The notes beneath the pieces are model-generated. The model searched no databases. It had not been told where the DNA came from and was given only the letters and a program-made list of their open reading frames with translations. The position numbers were made by a program, and so were the translations under genes. A stretch of 64,000 nt of DNA from Longimicrobiales bacterium (GTDB taxonomy: Bacteria > Gemmatimonadota > Gemmatimonadetes > Longimicrobiales > Gaopeijiaceae), in contig CBDFIQ010000002.1 of NCBI GenBank assembly GCA_965248195.1, forward strand, positions 352,001 through 416,000, given 5' to 3'. Of the stretch, positions 20,601 to 29,543 are shown piece after piece; the stretch's first letter is position 1, and each line of letters begins with the position of its first letter.

Positions 20601-21219
20601 CGTCGTTGGTCGCGATCACCGGGAGGCCCATCTCCTCGGAGAGCTTGAAGATTTTCTCGTTGAGCTCCGACTGCCCCTCTGAGTCGTGGGCTTGGACCTC
20701 CAGGTAGTACCGGTCCTCGAAGAGGTTGGCATACCAGCCAGCCGCCTCGCGGGCGCCCTCCCAGTTATCTGCCGAGAGGTGACGCGCGACTTCTCCGGCC
20801 AGACACGCCGAGCTGACGACGAGGCCCCCGGCGTGGGCCGCCAGAACCTCCCGATCCACCCTCGGCTTGTGGTAGAAACCCTCCGTGTACCCGATCGAGG
20901 ACAGCTTCACCAGGTTCTTATAGCCCTCCATATCCCGCGCGAGGATCACTAGGTGGTAGTAGGCTCGCTCTCCCTGACCGGCCTTGGAGCGGTCCCGTCG
21001 ATCACCCGGCGCCACGTACGCCTCCATTCCGATGATCGGCTTGATGCCCTCCTTCTTGGCCAGCTTGTGGAAGGCCCAGGCGCCGAAGAGACAACCATGG
21101 TCGGTGAGGGCAAGGCCGGGCATCTCGAATTCCTTGGCCCGGTGGACGAGGTCGGTGAGGCGGTTGGCTCCGTCGAGGAGCGAGTATTCGGAGTGTGTGT
21201 GCAGGTGGACGAAGCTCAC
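17653..21219 (-). CDS. dnaE: DNA polymerase III subunit alpha
   Basis: FVHLHTHSEYSLLDG, GPGRGSAAGS, SMPDIDVDF, KIDFLGLKTLT, YGFNLSHA, C-terminal OB fold; no intein visible. Confidence 0.98.
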   Translation of the reverse strand: MSFVHLHTHSEYSLLDGANRLTDLVHRAKEFEMPGLALTDHGCLFGAWAFHKLAKKEGIKPIIGMEAYVAPGDRRDRSKAGQGERAYYHLVILARDMEGYKNLVKLSSIGYTEGFYHKPRVDREVLAAHAGGLVVSSACLAGEVARHLSADNWEGAREAAGWYANLFEDRYYLEVQAHDSEGQSELNEKIFKLSEEMGLPVIATNDAHFLQVEDHEAHDVLLCIGLGKDRNDTNRMRYDKGLYFKSAPEIAERFPDRPDVLENTLKIADGVNLGFEKTYHLPAFPLPDDHVDENEYLVFLATEGAKRRYGDPLPEAVRERLDYELGVITETGYAGYILITWDFIDWARRHGIPVGPGRGSAAGSIVAYSLWITNIDPLAFNLLFERFLYPERISMPDIDVDFCYERRGEVIEYVKEKYGKNAVGQIITFGTMKSRAVIRDVGRTLGMEPSETDRIAKMIPNAPGQSFTVEEAIKKLKEVKDLYEEGGRYKQLFDYSMTLEGLSRHSSVHAAGVVIAPGPLDDYVPVCIQTGKNGANGDTSEAMYVTQYDMKCLEDAGMLKIDFLGLKTLTVIHDAVEAIVARIGELRHPESGTVFESMDDVPLDDPAVYKMLANGGTSGVFQFESKLAIEKLRAMRCDRFDDLVATNALIRPGPLDTGMTDAYIRRKLGQEEVSYDHPDLQPVLERTYGIIVYQEQVMRIANILGGYDMAEADVLRMAMGKKIVSLIREELRQFVTKAVARGVEKKTAESLAEQIETFGRYGFNLSHAAAYSVIAYHTAWLKAHYPAEFMAAMLSAVVSNTDDVVKYIGECRELPRYLPRLVDSIQVLPPDVNESGWKFTAVGETHIRFGLGAIRGVGSSAVKSILTARDSDGPFTAMFEFLERVDLRSLNKRAVEALITAGALDSFGYRSQLLAGLDTAYSEISARKAEEEAGQASLFGTGDAALERKDPGLPNIPKWPEHERLKREKEALGFFISGHPLDRYAEVVRAFDYVNTANLKDHLGRPLDLACVVTKVQRQISRRDSSEWGKITVEDFHGTAIILAFKENWQKYKETLQQDAVVLISGKVSGRERDEEDPPIFLDDALLLEGVANSGQLALQIELPIGAELDDDVFARAKEILVAHPGTAPVELLLGSDNGVAAPILRSRTLKADPSRETIEALQEMFGKARVRLVRVGDGRSGPDPGAY

Positions 21220-21328
21220 GAGTGCTCGGTCTAAGACGCCTGTTGGAGATGGGAACTCGGCCCCCCGGTGGAGTCCGAAAAGGCCTATCCTTTTCCCATT
21301 CTACACACCCGCGCTACGGCCGACAAAT

Positions 21329-21766
21329 TTACTCGATCACCCAGGTGTATTTGTCCCCGGAGTTCCATTTCGGTGAAGCCAGCATTTCCAGTGCCGTGCG
21401 TCCGAGAATCGAGTCCGACGTGATCAGGGTGACCCCGATCATGAAGGGCGATCCGCCCCAATTGTCGAAGTCCAGGGTGTAGTCCTCCTTCTCGAGGTCG
21501 AAGCCGCCGGGAAGGTACACATCGAGCCCCGGCGGGACGATGCCGCTGGCCACGTCGGACGGCCAAGCCTGTTGGTCCGACTGGTAGTTGTACACAGCTA
21601 CCCGAACGACCTGCATGTCGCTGATGGCATCCGCCGCCCGGGCCTTGACGATGACTCTGGTGAGTTGGGGCTGCGCGATGGCCGCTAGGATGCTGACGAT
21701 CAGCACCACGACGAGGAGCTCGATCAGGGTCACCCCCTTACGGCCTGTGATCGTGCGCTCAATCAT
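21329..21766 (-). CDS. Prepilin-type N-terminal cleavage/methylation protein
   Basis: RKG/VTLIELLVVVLIVSILAAIA class III signal with E+5. Confidence 0.9.
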   Translation of the reverse strand: MIERTITGRKGVTLIELLVVVLIVSILAAIAQPQLTRVIVKARAADAISDMQVVRVAVYNYQSDQQAWPSDVASGIVPPGLDVYLPGGFDLEKEDYTLDFDNWGGSPFMIGVTLITSDSILGRTALEMLASPKWNSGDKYTWVIE

Positions 21767-22299
21767 ATCGCCGGCGCTCCTCCGGAAGGTGACGACACCG
21801 TCCCGGAAACGATCGCGACGGCGTCACCGAGGAGGTCTTCTACCGGATCTTCAGAGGTGAAGTCCACCGTAATTCCCCCGACCGTGCCGGTCAGCCTAAA
21901 GGTGTTTCCGGCCTCCAGGCTGTATAGCACCTCATCGGGACCGTCGCCCACTTCCTCAAGGTCGTGGGGAAGGTGCCCATTCTCTGCTACATACCGCTGG
22001 ATGTTGATGAACTGCATGAACATCTCCATGCGGAGGCCGGCCTCTTGATTGGCGGGTGCAATAGTCGGCGTCACCGGAAGGAGCACCGATGGTGGGAAAG
22101 CCCAAAGCCAAATCGAAACCAGCGCCAAAACAGGCGGGAGGACCGGGTGCAGACGAGCGCGTCCGGAACCTGGAGCCGCGACACCCCGGCGCTCCTTGCG
22201 AAGCGCCTGGTCCTTCAGGACATCGCTTAAGGCGTCTCCATACTCATTGGATTCCGGCCAGCTAGGCGTCTCGGACTTGTTTTTGTGCTTATCGCCCAT
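21763..22299 (-). CDS. Hypothetical single-TM protein with pseudopilin-like helix
   Basis: One TM segment, then IQRYVAENGHLPHDLEEV; ATGA overlap with the pilin gene. Confidence 0.7.
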   Translation of the reverse strand: MGDKHKNKSETPSWPESNEYGDALSDVLKDQALRKERRGVAAPGSGRARLHPVLPPVLALVSIWLWAFPPSVLLPVTPTIAPANQEAGLRMEMFMQFINIQRYVAENGHLPHDLEEVGDGPDEVLYSLEAGNTFRLTGTVGGITVDFTSEDPVEDLLGDAVAIVSGTVSSPSGGAPAI

Positions 22300-22449
22300 G
22301 GATGTTATAGCGGCCCCAAAAAAATTCAGCCCACTCCAGCCTTTTGCCTACTCCTCACTAATTGGCGGACTCCTCACTAATATGCATCGATGCCCCTCAG
22401 TATCCCACCCGGAACCTGTCAACGACAATGGGACACTCTACGGGATTAA

Positions 22450-23457
22450 TTAGAGAGCAATATCCTGTGTGGTGAGGGAAGGGATGGGAGGATTGATGTA
22501 GACGGCCTCCGGGAGCGGTTTGGGCTTCGGCACACCTGTGACGAAGCGTTCGGGATGAGCGGCCCATGCTTCGCGGAGCACGGATTTCCTGCCGGCAATG
22601 ACCTGATCGGCGTTCCCGAAGTGGACCTGCTCGGGGGTTAGCATCGAGATACCGCCATGGCGGTGCTCGGCATTGTACCAGCGGAAGAACGATCGACACA
22701 ACGTCTTGGCCTGGCCCTGATCCCCGAACCGCCCGGGAAACGAGGGATGGTACTTCAAGGTTTTGAACTGAGCCTCGGAAAACGGGTTGTCATCCGACAC
22801 CTGAGGCCGGCTCAACGAGCGAGTCACGCCGAGGTCAGCGAGAAGTTGAGCGGTGCATTGGCTCGTCATTGGAGCTCCCCGATCCGAGTGCAGGGTCAGG
22901 ACCCGGGGCTGGACGCCATGCTTCAGGCAGCTCTGCTGGATCAACCGGCCGGCCAGGGCCGAGTTCTCCCGGTCCGCCACCATCCAGCCCACGACGTAGC
23001 GGCTGTAGATGTCCATGATGACGTAGAGGTAGTAATAGCTCCACTTCTTCGGCCCGAGTAGCCGCGTGATATCCCAGGACCACACCTGGTTCGGCGCCGT
23101 GGCCATCAACTCGGGCTTCTTGTACTCGGGATGGGTGCGCTGCGCCCGGCGTTCCTGAACCGGCACCTCGGAGGCCAGAACACGATACATCGTGCGTTCG
23201 CTGCACAGGTAGACCTCTTCGTCGAGCAGCGTGGCCACCACCTCGGCGGGTGAGCGGTCCACGAACCGCTCCGAACACAGCGTGTCGAAGACCTCGCCTC
23301 GTTCCGTCTCGCTCAATGCCCGGGCGGGCGTCGGGCGGGGCTGCCGTTGCCCGGTCGATGGGCCTCGACGACGGTAGAACGTCGATCGGGAGACCTCGAG
23401 AGCCGCGCACGCCGGTTTTACACCGACGTGCTTAGCCAGCTCATCGGCCGCCTTCAA
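22450..23457 (-). CDS. IS3-family transposase OrfB (DDE integrase core)
   Basis: PNQVWSWDIT, DIYSRYVVGW, LHSDRG, DDNPFSEAQFKTLK, YNAEHRH. Confidence 0.95.
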   Translation of the reverse strand: MKAADELAKHVGVKPACAALEVSRSTFYRRRGPSTGQRQPRPTPARALSETERGEVFDTLCSERFVDRSPAEVVATLLDEEVYLCSERTMYRVLASEVPVQERRAQRTHPEYKKPELMATAPNQVWSWDITRLLGPKKWSYYYLYVIMDIYSRYVVGWMVADRENSALAGRLIQQSCLKHGVQPRVLTLHSDRGAPMTSQCTAQLLADLGVTRSLSRPQVSDDNPFSEAQFKTLKYHPSFPGRFGDQGQAKTLCRSFFRWYNAEHRHGGISMLTPEQVHFGNADQVIAGRKSVLREAWAAHPERFVTGVPKPKPLPEAVYINPPIPSLTTQDIAL

Positions 23458-23903
23458 GAGTTCGTCCCGTCGTCGAGGCTTATCCCCAGCAGCCCCGCAA
23501 CTTTTCCCTGCACGTCGATGATCAGGTGTGCCTTCCTGAGCTCATTCTCGAGCCGTGCGTTTTGCCGCTCCAGCTTGCGTACCTTCTCATCCAGCGGATT
23601 CCGCTCCGGCTTGCGGCCGCGTTTCTTCGACAGGGCCTTCAGCGACCCGCTATGCGCCGCCTTGCGCCACGTCGTCAGGTGCGACGAGTACAGGCCCTCG
23701 CGCCGCAGGAGCTGACCCACCTCGCCGGGCTCGGTGCACCGGTCCGCTTCTTCGACGATCCGCAGCTTGTACGATGGACTGAACCGCCGGCGTAGCGGCC
23801 TATCTACTACCTCCGGGTCCGCAGGAGCTGCCGCGCTTCGCTTGGCCTCCCCGATTCCAGGGGCACTACCATTCTCTTCCATTCTCTCTCGCAGTCCCAA
23901 CAT
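23454..23903 (-). CDS. IS3-family transposase OrfA (HTH plus coiled coil)
   Basis: RRRFSPSYKLRIVEEAD..LLRREGLYSSHLTTWR..LERQNARLENEL; TTGA overlap with orfB. Confidence 0.92.
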   Translation of the reverse strand: MLGLRERMEENGSAPGIGEAKRSAAAPADPEVVDRPLRRRFSPSYKLRIVEEADRCTEPGEVGQLLRREGLYSSHLTTWRKAAHSGSLKALSKKRGRKPERNPLDEKVRKLERQNARLENELRKAHLIIDVQGKVAGLLGISLDDGTNS

Positions 23904-24062
23904 GTTCGTTTTCTCTGCCTTCGCCCTACTCTAATTCTTTGCGTGCTCCGTGTCTCACGTACGTTGGCAGAGAGGGACCCTTTTCCATGGGGGCCTTGTA
24001 CGTGCTCCTTTGGGAGGGTATGAAAGAGAGGTTCATCGCACTGACCTCGACAGGAATTGGCC

Positions 24063-25601
24063 ATGTGGCTGTGGGTTCTAGGACTCGCGTTGGTGGGAGT
24101 GTCGCTCTACGACGTCTTCCAGAAGCGACGCGCCATTCTTCGAAATTTTCCGATCATCGGCCACTTTCGATACCTGTTGGAGTCGGTCGGTCCCGAGCTG
24201 AGGCAGTACATCGTCACAGACAACGACGAGGAGCGGCCCTTTTCGCGGGACCAGCGGAGGTGGGTCTACGCCTCGAGCAAGAAGGAGAACAACTACTTCG
24301 GTTTCGGCACGGACAACGAACTCGAAAAGACGTCCAACTACATCATCATCAAGCATCGGGTCATGTGTGCGGGCCAAAGCGCTACCGGTGAGGCGTACGG
24401 GATGGCCCGATCCGACGAGACCTATCCCCTTCCGTGTGCGAAGATTCTGGGTGGCGCACGAGGGCGGGCCCGGTCCTTCCGGCCCGCCTCGGCCGTGAAC
24501 CTCTCTGCAATGAGCTTTGGTTCGCTGTCGAGCGCCGCCGTGAGCGCCATGAACCAGGGAGCCAGGATCGCGGGCTGCCTCCAAAACACAGGCGAAGGGG
24601 GCATTTCCCCCTATCATCATCAGGGCGGCGACCTGATCTGGCAGCTGGGGACGGGCTACTTCGGCTGCCGCACCAAGAGGGGTCGATTCGACTTGAACTT
24701 GTTTCTGGACCAGGTCGAAATGGGCCCCGTGCGTGCGGTGGAAATCAAGCTCAGTCAGGGGGCGAAGCCCGGCCTTGGCGGATTACTTCCGGGGGTCAAG
24801 GTGACGGGGGAGATCGCCCGGATTCGGGGCGTGCCCATAGGGAAGGACGTATTCAGTCCGGCAACACACTCGGCCTTCGCAGGGGTCGATGAGATGCTGG
24901 ATTTCGTGGAGATGTTGGCCGACACCACCGGACTACCGATCGGCATAAAATCCGCGGTGGGTGAGCACCGATTCTGGGAGGAGTTGGCGAACCTCATGTC
25001 GAAGGGGGATCGGGGGGTCGACTTCATTTCGATCGACGGCGGAGAGGGGGGGACCGGAGCTGCACCCCTCGCGTTTTCCGATCATGTGGCGTTGCCCTTC
25101 AAGATCGGCTTCAGCCGTGTGTATCGGATTCTCGCCGAGGCCGGGATCCACGAGGATGTGGTCTTGATGGGGTCGGGAAAACTGGGTCTGCCGGCCAACG
25201 CGATGGTCGCCTTTGCGCTCGGCTGCGACACGATCAACGTGGCGCGTGAGGCGATGATGGCCGTCGGATGCATCCAGGCCCAGAGATGTCATACGGGACA
25301 TTGCCCCACCGGAGTGGCGACCCAGAATCGTTGGTTGGTGCGGGGCTTGGATCCGACCTCGAAGGCTGCCCGTTTGGCGAACTATGTGGTCACGCTTCGC
25401 AAGGAGATCCTACAGCTCAGTCGCACGAGCGGCGTAGCCCATCCGGGGCTCCTGTCCGGAGACATGATCGAGATCCTGGATGGGCGTTTCGGATCCGCGA
25501 CGCTCGATGAGATCTTCGGATACCGGGCGGAGTGGGGCTTTCCGTCAGAGGCGGACCGGCGCGAGATCGTAGATGTGATGGAGGGACACCCGCCCGCATG
25601 A
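24063..25601 (+). CDS. FMN-binding glutamate synthase family protein
   Basis: SAMSFGSLS, NTGEGGIS, EIKLSQGAKPG, DGGEGGTGAAP, GCIQAQRCHTGHCPTGVATQ. Confidence 0.93.
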   Translation: MWLWVLGLALVGVSLYDVFQKRRAILRNFPIIGHFRYLLESVGPELRQYIVTDNDEERPFSRDQRRWVYASSKKENNYFGFGTDNELEKTSNYIIIKHRVMCAGQSATGEAYGMARSDETYPLPCAKILGGARGRARSFRPASAVNLSAMSFGSLSSAAVSAMNQGARIAGCLQNTGEGGISPYHHQGGDLIWQLGTGYFGCRTKRGRFDLNLFLDQVEMGPVRAVEIKLSQGAKPGLGGLLPGVKVTGEIARIRGVPIGKDVFSPATHSAFAGVDEMLDFVEMLADTTGLPIGIKSAVGEHRFWEELANLMSKGDRGVDFISIDGGEGGTGAAPLAFSDHVALPFKIGFSRVYRILAEAGIHEDVVLMGSGKLGLPANAMVAFALGCDTINVAREAMMAVGCIQAQRCHTGHCPTGVATQNRWLVRGLDPTSKAARLANYVVTLRKEILQLSRTSGVAHPGLLSGDMIEILDGRFGSATLDEIFGYRAEWGFPSEADRREIVDVMEGHPPA

Positions 25602-25616
25602 GGACGCGCTAATGGC

Positions 25617-25649
25617 GGTAGTGCGTCAGTTTCAAACTGACCCACTACC
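25617..25649. repeat. 33-bp palindrome, probable miniature element or transposon footprint with 8-bp target duplication
   Basis: GGTAGTGCGTCAGTTT-C-AAACTGACCCACTACC (15/16 arms), flanked by CTAATGGC (25609-25616) and CTAATAGC (25650-25657). Confidence 0.75.
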
Positions 25650-27152
25650 CTAATAGCGGTACGTCTCGGGCTTATACGGCCCTGCCTTGTCCACGCCGAT
25701 GTACTCCGCCTGCTGGTGCGAAAGGTCGGTGAGCCGAGCGTCCAACTTATCGAGATGGAGCCGAGCCACCTTCTCATCCAGGATCTTCGGGAGTACGTAG
25801 ACCTTCTTCTCGTATCGGTCCCGGTTCCTGGCGAGCTCGATCTGCGCGATCACCTGGTTGGTGAAGCTGGCCGACATGACGAAGCTCGGATGCCCCGTGG
25901 CGCACCCCAGGTTGAGCAATCGCCCTTCGGCGAGGATCAACACGCTGTGCCCATCTGAGAAGAGCCACTCGTCGTATTGCGGCTTGACGTTCTCCCTGCG
26001 GACGCCGGGCATACGTTCCAGGCCGGCCATGTCGATTTCGTTGTCGAAGTGGCCGATGTTGCCGACGATGGCCTTGTCCTTCATGCCCGCCATGTGCTCG
26101 GCTGTAATGATGTCCCTGTTTCCGGTGGCCGTCACGAAGATGTCGGCCTCGCCGAGCACGTCCTCGAGCCGGCGCACCGTGAAGCCCTCCATACACGCCT
26201 GGAGCGCGCAGATGGGGTCGATCTCGGTGACAACCACCCGGGCGCCTTGATTCTTGAGCGCCTGGGCACAGCCCTTCCCGACATCACCGTAGCCGCAAAC
26301 AACGGCCATCTTGCCCGAAATCATTACGTCCGTGGCCCGATTCAGCCCATCGATGACCGAATGACGACATCCGTAAAGGTTGTCGAATTTCGACTTGGTC
26401 ACGGAGTCGTTCACGTTGATGGCGGGGAAAAGCAGAGTGCCGTCCCTCTCCATCTCGTACAGGCGATGCACGCCCGTCGTGGTCTCCTCCGAGACGCCGA
26501 TGACGTTCGCCGAGATCCGATTCCATTTCTGCGGATCCTTGGCCAGCGAGCTACGCAGAAGTTCGAGAATGATCCCCCACTCCTCGGGCTCGCTCTCGGG
26601 GTCGAAATCGGGGACGCTGCCCGCCTTCTCATATTCGACGCCTCGATGGAGTAGGAGTGTGGCGTCACCGCCGTCGTCCACGATCAGGTCAGGACCGCTG
26701 CCGTCGGGCCACGCCACCGCCTGGTCGGTGCACCACCAGTACTCCTCCAGCGTCTCGCCCTTCCAGGCGAAGACAGGAATGCCCTTGAGGTCTTCCGGTG
26801 TGCCGTCGCGACCTACCGCTACCGCTGCTGCCGCGTGATCCTGCGTCGAAAAAATGTTGCAGGAGACCCAACGCACGTCGGCGCCGAGATCTACGAGCGT
26901 CTCGATCAGCACGGCGGTTTGCACGGTCATGTGGAGTGAACCCATGATCTTGAGACCGCCGAGCGCCTGCTCGGGGCCGTATTCCGCGCGAGCCGCCATG
27001 AGGCCGGGCATCTCTTGTTCAGCCAAGCGGATCTCCTTGCGTCCCCACTCGGCGAGCGAAAGGTCCGCGACCTTATAGGCCGGGCGAGCCTCATGGGTGG
27101 CTGCCCCACCCTCGGGGTCCAAGACTGCAGTATCCATGCGTTCAAGCCTCAT
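25650..27152 (-). CDS. ahcY: Adenosylhomocysteinase
   Basis: [66 protein letters not shown]. Start is 27152 or 27137. Confidence 0.98.
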   Translation of the reverse strand: MRLERMDTAVLDPEGGAATHEARPAYKVADLSLAEWGRKEIRLAEQEMPGLMAARAEYGPEQALGGLKIMGSLHMTVQTAVLIETLVDLGADVRWVSCNIFSTQDHAAAAVAVGRDGTPEDLKGIPVFAWKGETLEEYWWCTDQAVAWPDGSGPDLIVDDGGDATLLLHRGVEYEKAGSVPDFDPESEPEEWGIILELLRSSLAKDPQKWNRISANVIGVSEETTTGVHRLYEMERDGTLLFPAINVNDSVTKSKFDNLYGCRHSVIDGLNRATDVMISGKMAVVCGYGDVGKGCAQALKNQGARVVVTEIDPICALQACMEGFTVRRLEDVLGEADIFVTATGNRDIITAEHMAGMKDKAIVGNIGHFDNEIDMAGLERMPGVRRENVKPQYDEWLFSDGHSVLILAEGRLLNLGCATGHPSFVMSASFTNQVIAQIELARNRDRYEKKVYVLPKILDEKVARLHLDKLDARLTDLSHQQAEYIGVDKAGPYKPETYRY

Positions 27153-27249
27153 CTAAGAGTTCGAGCCTTCATGCAAGAAAGGACCATTTCGGGTAAGAAC
27201 GGAAAAAATCGGTCTCCGGGTGGTTTCAGCATGCCTGCTCCGGGTGAGC

Positions 27250-28200
27250 TCAACATGACCGAGTCGCCGACGTGACGAAGAGCAAGGGTCCTGATGCCTC
27301 GGGACGGGCGGGCAGTGGCCGGTATGCGAAGTCCGCGAGTCCCTCGTCCCGATGCCATCCGGCCAGATCCGCCTCATCGAAGCCCGGCCACACATGACCC
27401 ATCTCTTCCTGGTACCCCTCTCTCGAGTGACGCCGCATGTCCACGACTATCAGTCGCCCGGCCGGCTTGAGCGCCCTCCGAGCCTCCTTCATTATTGTCG
27501 GCGGATCGACGACGTAATGGAGCACCAGGAGCAGCACGGCCACGTCTAGCTCCCTGTCGTCGATCGGGAGCTTTTCGAGGTCACCGCGACGCAGGTCTAC
27601 GTTGGGCGTGCCGTCCAGGCGGTCGTGCGCCGCTTCGAGCATCTCCTCGGAAGCGTCCACCGCGACGACCCGGCCCACGAAAGGAGCCACACGCGCGGCG
27701 AAGTGCCCGGTCCCCGCACCGAGATCCCCCAGGGTGGCGGTTGGGTCGAGGAGGCCGAAGAGCGGAAACATCTCCGAGTCACTTCCGAACAACTCCCCCC
27801 GGACGGTGTCCCAGCGCCGCGCCACACCCGAAAAGAACTCCCGTGAGCGCCCTCGGCGTTCAAGGAGGACCGCTCGGGCGCGTTCGTCGTCCTCCTCCGC
27901 CAACCCCGCCGCCGCCACATCGGGACGAACCAACCCCCACAGCTCCCGTACCGCCGGGTCGAGAGGGGCGACCATCCGGTAGTACCGGCTGGTCCCACTC
28001 GCCCGTGACGTCACCCATCCGTCATCCGCAAGGATCTTCAGGTGGCGGCTCACCGTCGACTGCGGCAGCTGGGAGACCTGAACGAGCTCGGAGACCGTGA
28101 ACTCACTTTGCTCCAAAAGGAGAAGGAGGCGGCCCCGGGCAAGGTCGCCCAAGGCGCTCATTCGGTCGAAGATCCGGGGTTCGATGATTGTAATATCCAT
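27250..28200 (-). CDS. sahR: ArsR-HTH plus class I methyltransferase-domain regulator (SahR-like)
   Basis: FTVSELVQVSQLPQSTVSRHLKIL; DLGAGTG..VVAVDASEEML; immediately upstream of ahcY. Confidence 0.8.
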   Translation of the reverse strand: MDITIIEPRIFDRMSALGDLARGRLLLLLEQSEFTVSELVQVSQLPQSTVSRHLKILADDGWVTSRASGTSRYYRMVAPLDPAVRELWGLVRPDVAAAGLAEEDDERARAVLLERRGRSREFFSGVARRWDTVRGELFGSDSEMFPLFGLLDPTATLGDLGAGTGHFAARVAPFVGRVVAVDASEEMLEAAHDRLDGTPNVDLRRGDLEKLPIDDRELDVAVLLLVLHYVVDPPTIMKEARRALKPAGRLIVVDMRRHSREGYQEEMGHVWPGFDEADLAGWHRDEGLADFAYRPLPARPEASGPLLFVTSATRSC

Positions 28201-28220
28201 AAATCCGGATTGAACGATAC
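28201..28220. promoter_or_regulatory. Candidate SahR-type operator
   Basis: AAATCCGGATTGAACGATAC contains ATC-N10-GAT and abuts the regulator's start codon. Confidence 0.45.
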
Positions 28221-28362
28221 AACACTTCTGGGCCGTAAGCAACCGCTTAGAAGCCACCCGCGTCAGCGAAACGAAGAAGCGGCCGCGATTTCCGCCGAAG
28301 CTGGGGCGATTTCCGCAGAAACTGCGATCGAGGACGATCGGCCGGTGGACAAACGGGTGAAC

Positions 28363-28392
28363 AAACCACTCGTGGCCAAACCACTCGTGGCC
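28363..28392. repeat. Perfect 15-bp tandem duplication
   Basis: AAACCACTCGTGGCC x2. Confidence 0.9.
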
Positions 28393-29402
28393 TACGCCGC
28401 CCCCCGGCACCGGAACGTGTTGAGAATGGTCTCGAGCTGCAGGACGTATTGGTACTTGTCTCTTGCCGGGGCATAAAGCCAAGCGTCGATCATGTAGTGT
28501 CGACCCTGCGCAGGGCAGGGGACGGACCATATGATCAAGGGCCCACCAGCCGGGAACTGGTCCTCCGGTGGGTTGGACCATACCGCACGGAACTCCTCGA
28601 GGACCAGGTCGCCCATCTGGAGCCGGCGTGTCTGGGCCAGGTCCAGGTCGACGACCTGCGGATAGATGTAGTACCGATCGGTGAGATCCGTCCGCCAGGC
28701 CAGCAACTCTTCTTGGCCCAACTCCTCAGGAATCGGACTCCTCCAGGTCACAGCGATCTGGCGGATCAGCTCAGCAGGCTCGGGATTGTCGTTCCTGAAG
28801 ATATAGACCGAATCTACCCTCCGGCGCTGGTACACGGACGGGAGGAGCATGGTGAACCCCGCCTCATTCCAGAGCGTGTCGGCGAGCAGGGAATCACGGC
28901 CGCTCATGAACATTCGGTTGCGCACCCATCCGCGGTACTGGCCGTCCAGGAGCTCGTGGAGGGGCTCCATGAGCTCGGCCGCTCCGTCCGCTCCCTCAGA
29001 GGGCAAAAGAAGGATGGTCACGTTCTGTCCTCGGGCCCAAAGGTCCCCGACCTGGAGGATCTCCGGTGGATCGAAGCTCTCGCGTTCGGTGCGCGCCAGC
29101 GCTTCGGCCATCCATGGGGAATCTGGCGTGCCGATGAGCAGAAGCTGGCGGAAGCGCTGAAGCAAATCCCACTCCCGGCCCGCCGGAACCTGATGCGTGA
29201 CGCGGAACGTCTTCTCGGGCCGCACCGTGAGGATCCTGGTCTCCATCGCCGATTCGACCATCTCGCCGACGGCCGCCCACTGCTCCTCGGACGCCGCTGC
29301 GATGATGCTGTTTACCTCGCCCCAGGCTCTGGGACTTTCACCGCAAGCTGCGAGTGCGGAGGTGAGTAATACGGTGATGACGATTGTGTGAGCCTGGCGC
29401 AT
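28392..29402 (-). CDS. DUF4837 family lipoprotein
   Basis: Lipobox LAAC; DLWARGQ; AGGPL; DAWLYAPARDK..LQLETILNTF. Confidence 0.82.
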   Translation of the reverse strand: MRQAHTIVITVLLTSALAACGESPRAWGEVNSIIAAASEEQWAAVGEMVESAMETRILTVRPEKTFRVTHQVPAGREWDLLQRFRQLLLIGTPDSPWMAEALARTERESFDPPEILQVGDLWARGQNVTILLLPSEGADGAAELMEPLHELLDGQYRGWVRNRMFMSGRDSLLADTLWNEAGFTMLLPSVYQRRRVDSVYIFRNDNPEPAELIRQIAVTWRSPIPEELGQEELLAWRTDLTDRYYIYPQVVDLDLAQTRRLQMGDLVLEEFRAVWSNPPEDQFPAGGPLIIWSVPCPAQGRHYMIDAWLYAPARDKYQYVLQLETILNTFRCRGAA

Positions 29403-29478
29403 GAGTCCTCCCGGCGGGTGGTGCCGACGAAAAGATGTGAGAACTGTACCGCGGCTGTCGCCCCACCGTTCCCGTGCA

Positions 29479-29514
29479 CCAGACTGGGCGCACGGTCCAG
29501 ACTGGGCGCACGGT
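29479..29514. repeat. Perfect 18-bp tandem duplication
   Basis: CCAGACTGGGCGCACGGT x2. Confidence 0.9.
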
Positions 29515-29543
29515 GAGGATGATCACCGACCGGACTTCTACCG

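Larger units (their letters stand above)
22410..23976 (-). mobile_element. IS3-family insertion sequence (about 1567 bp)
   Basis: orfA plus orfB; imperfect IRs TGTCAACGACAATGGGACAC (22417-22436) and TGCCAACGTACGTGAGACAC (rev. 23950-23969), 14/20; flanking ACC direct repeat (22407-22409, 23977-23979). Confidence 0.88.

Noticed and set aside
17653..21219. Intein or split in dnaE; odd residues FERFLYPER and LRMAMGKK
   Set aside because: The length is normal and there are no intein motifs. The single substitutions cannot be distinguished from variation or base errors.
27153..27249. SAH or SAM riboswitch upstream of ahcY
   Set aside because: No recognisable consensus elements; a protein regulator is adjacent.
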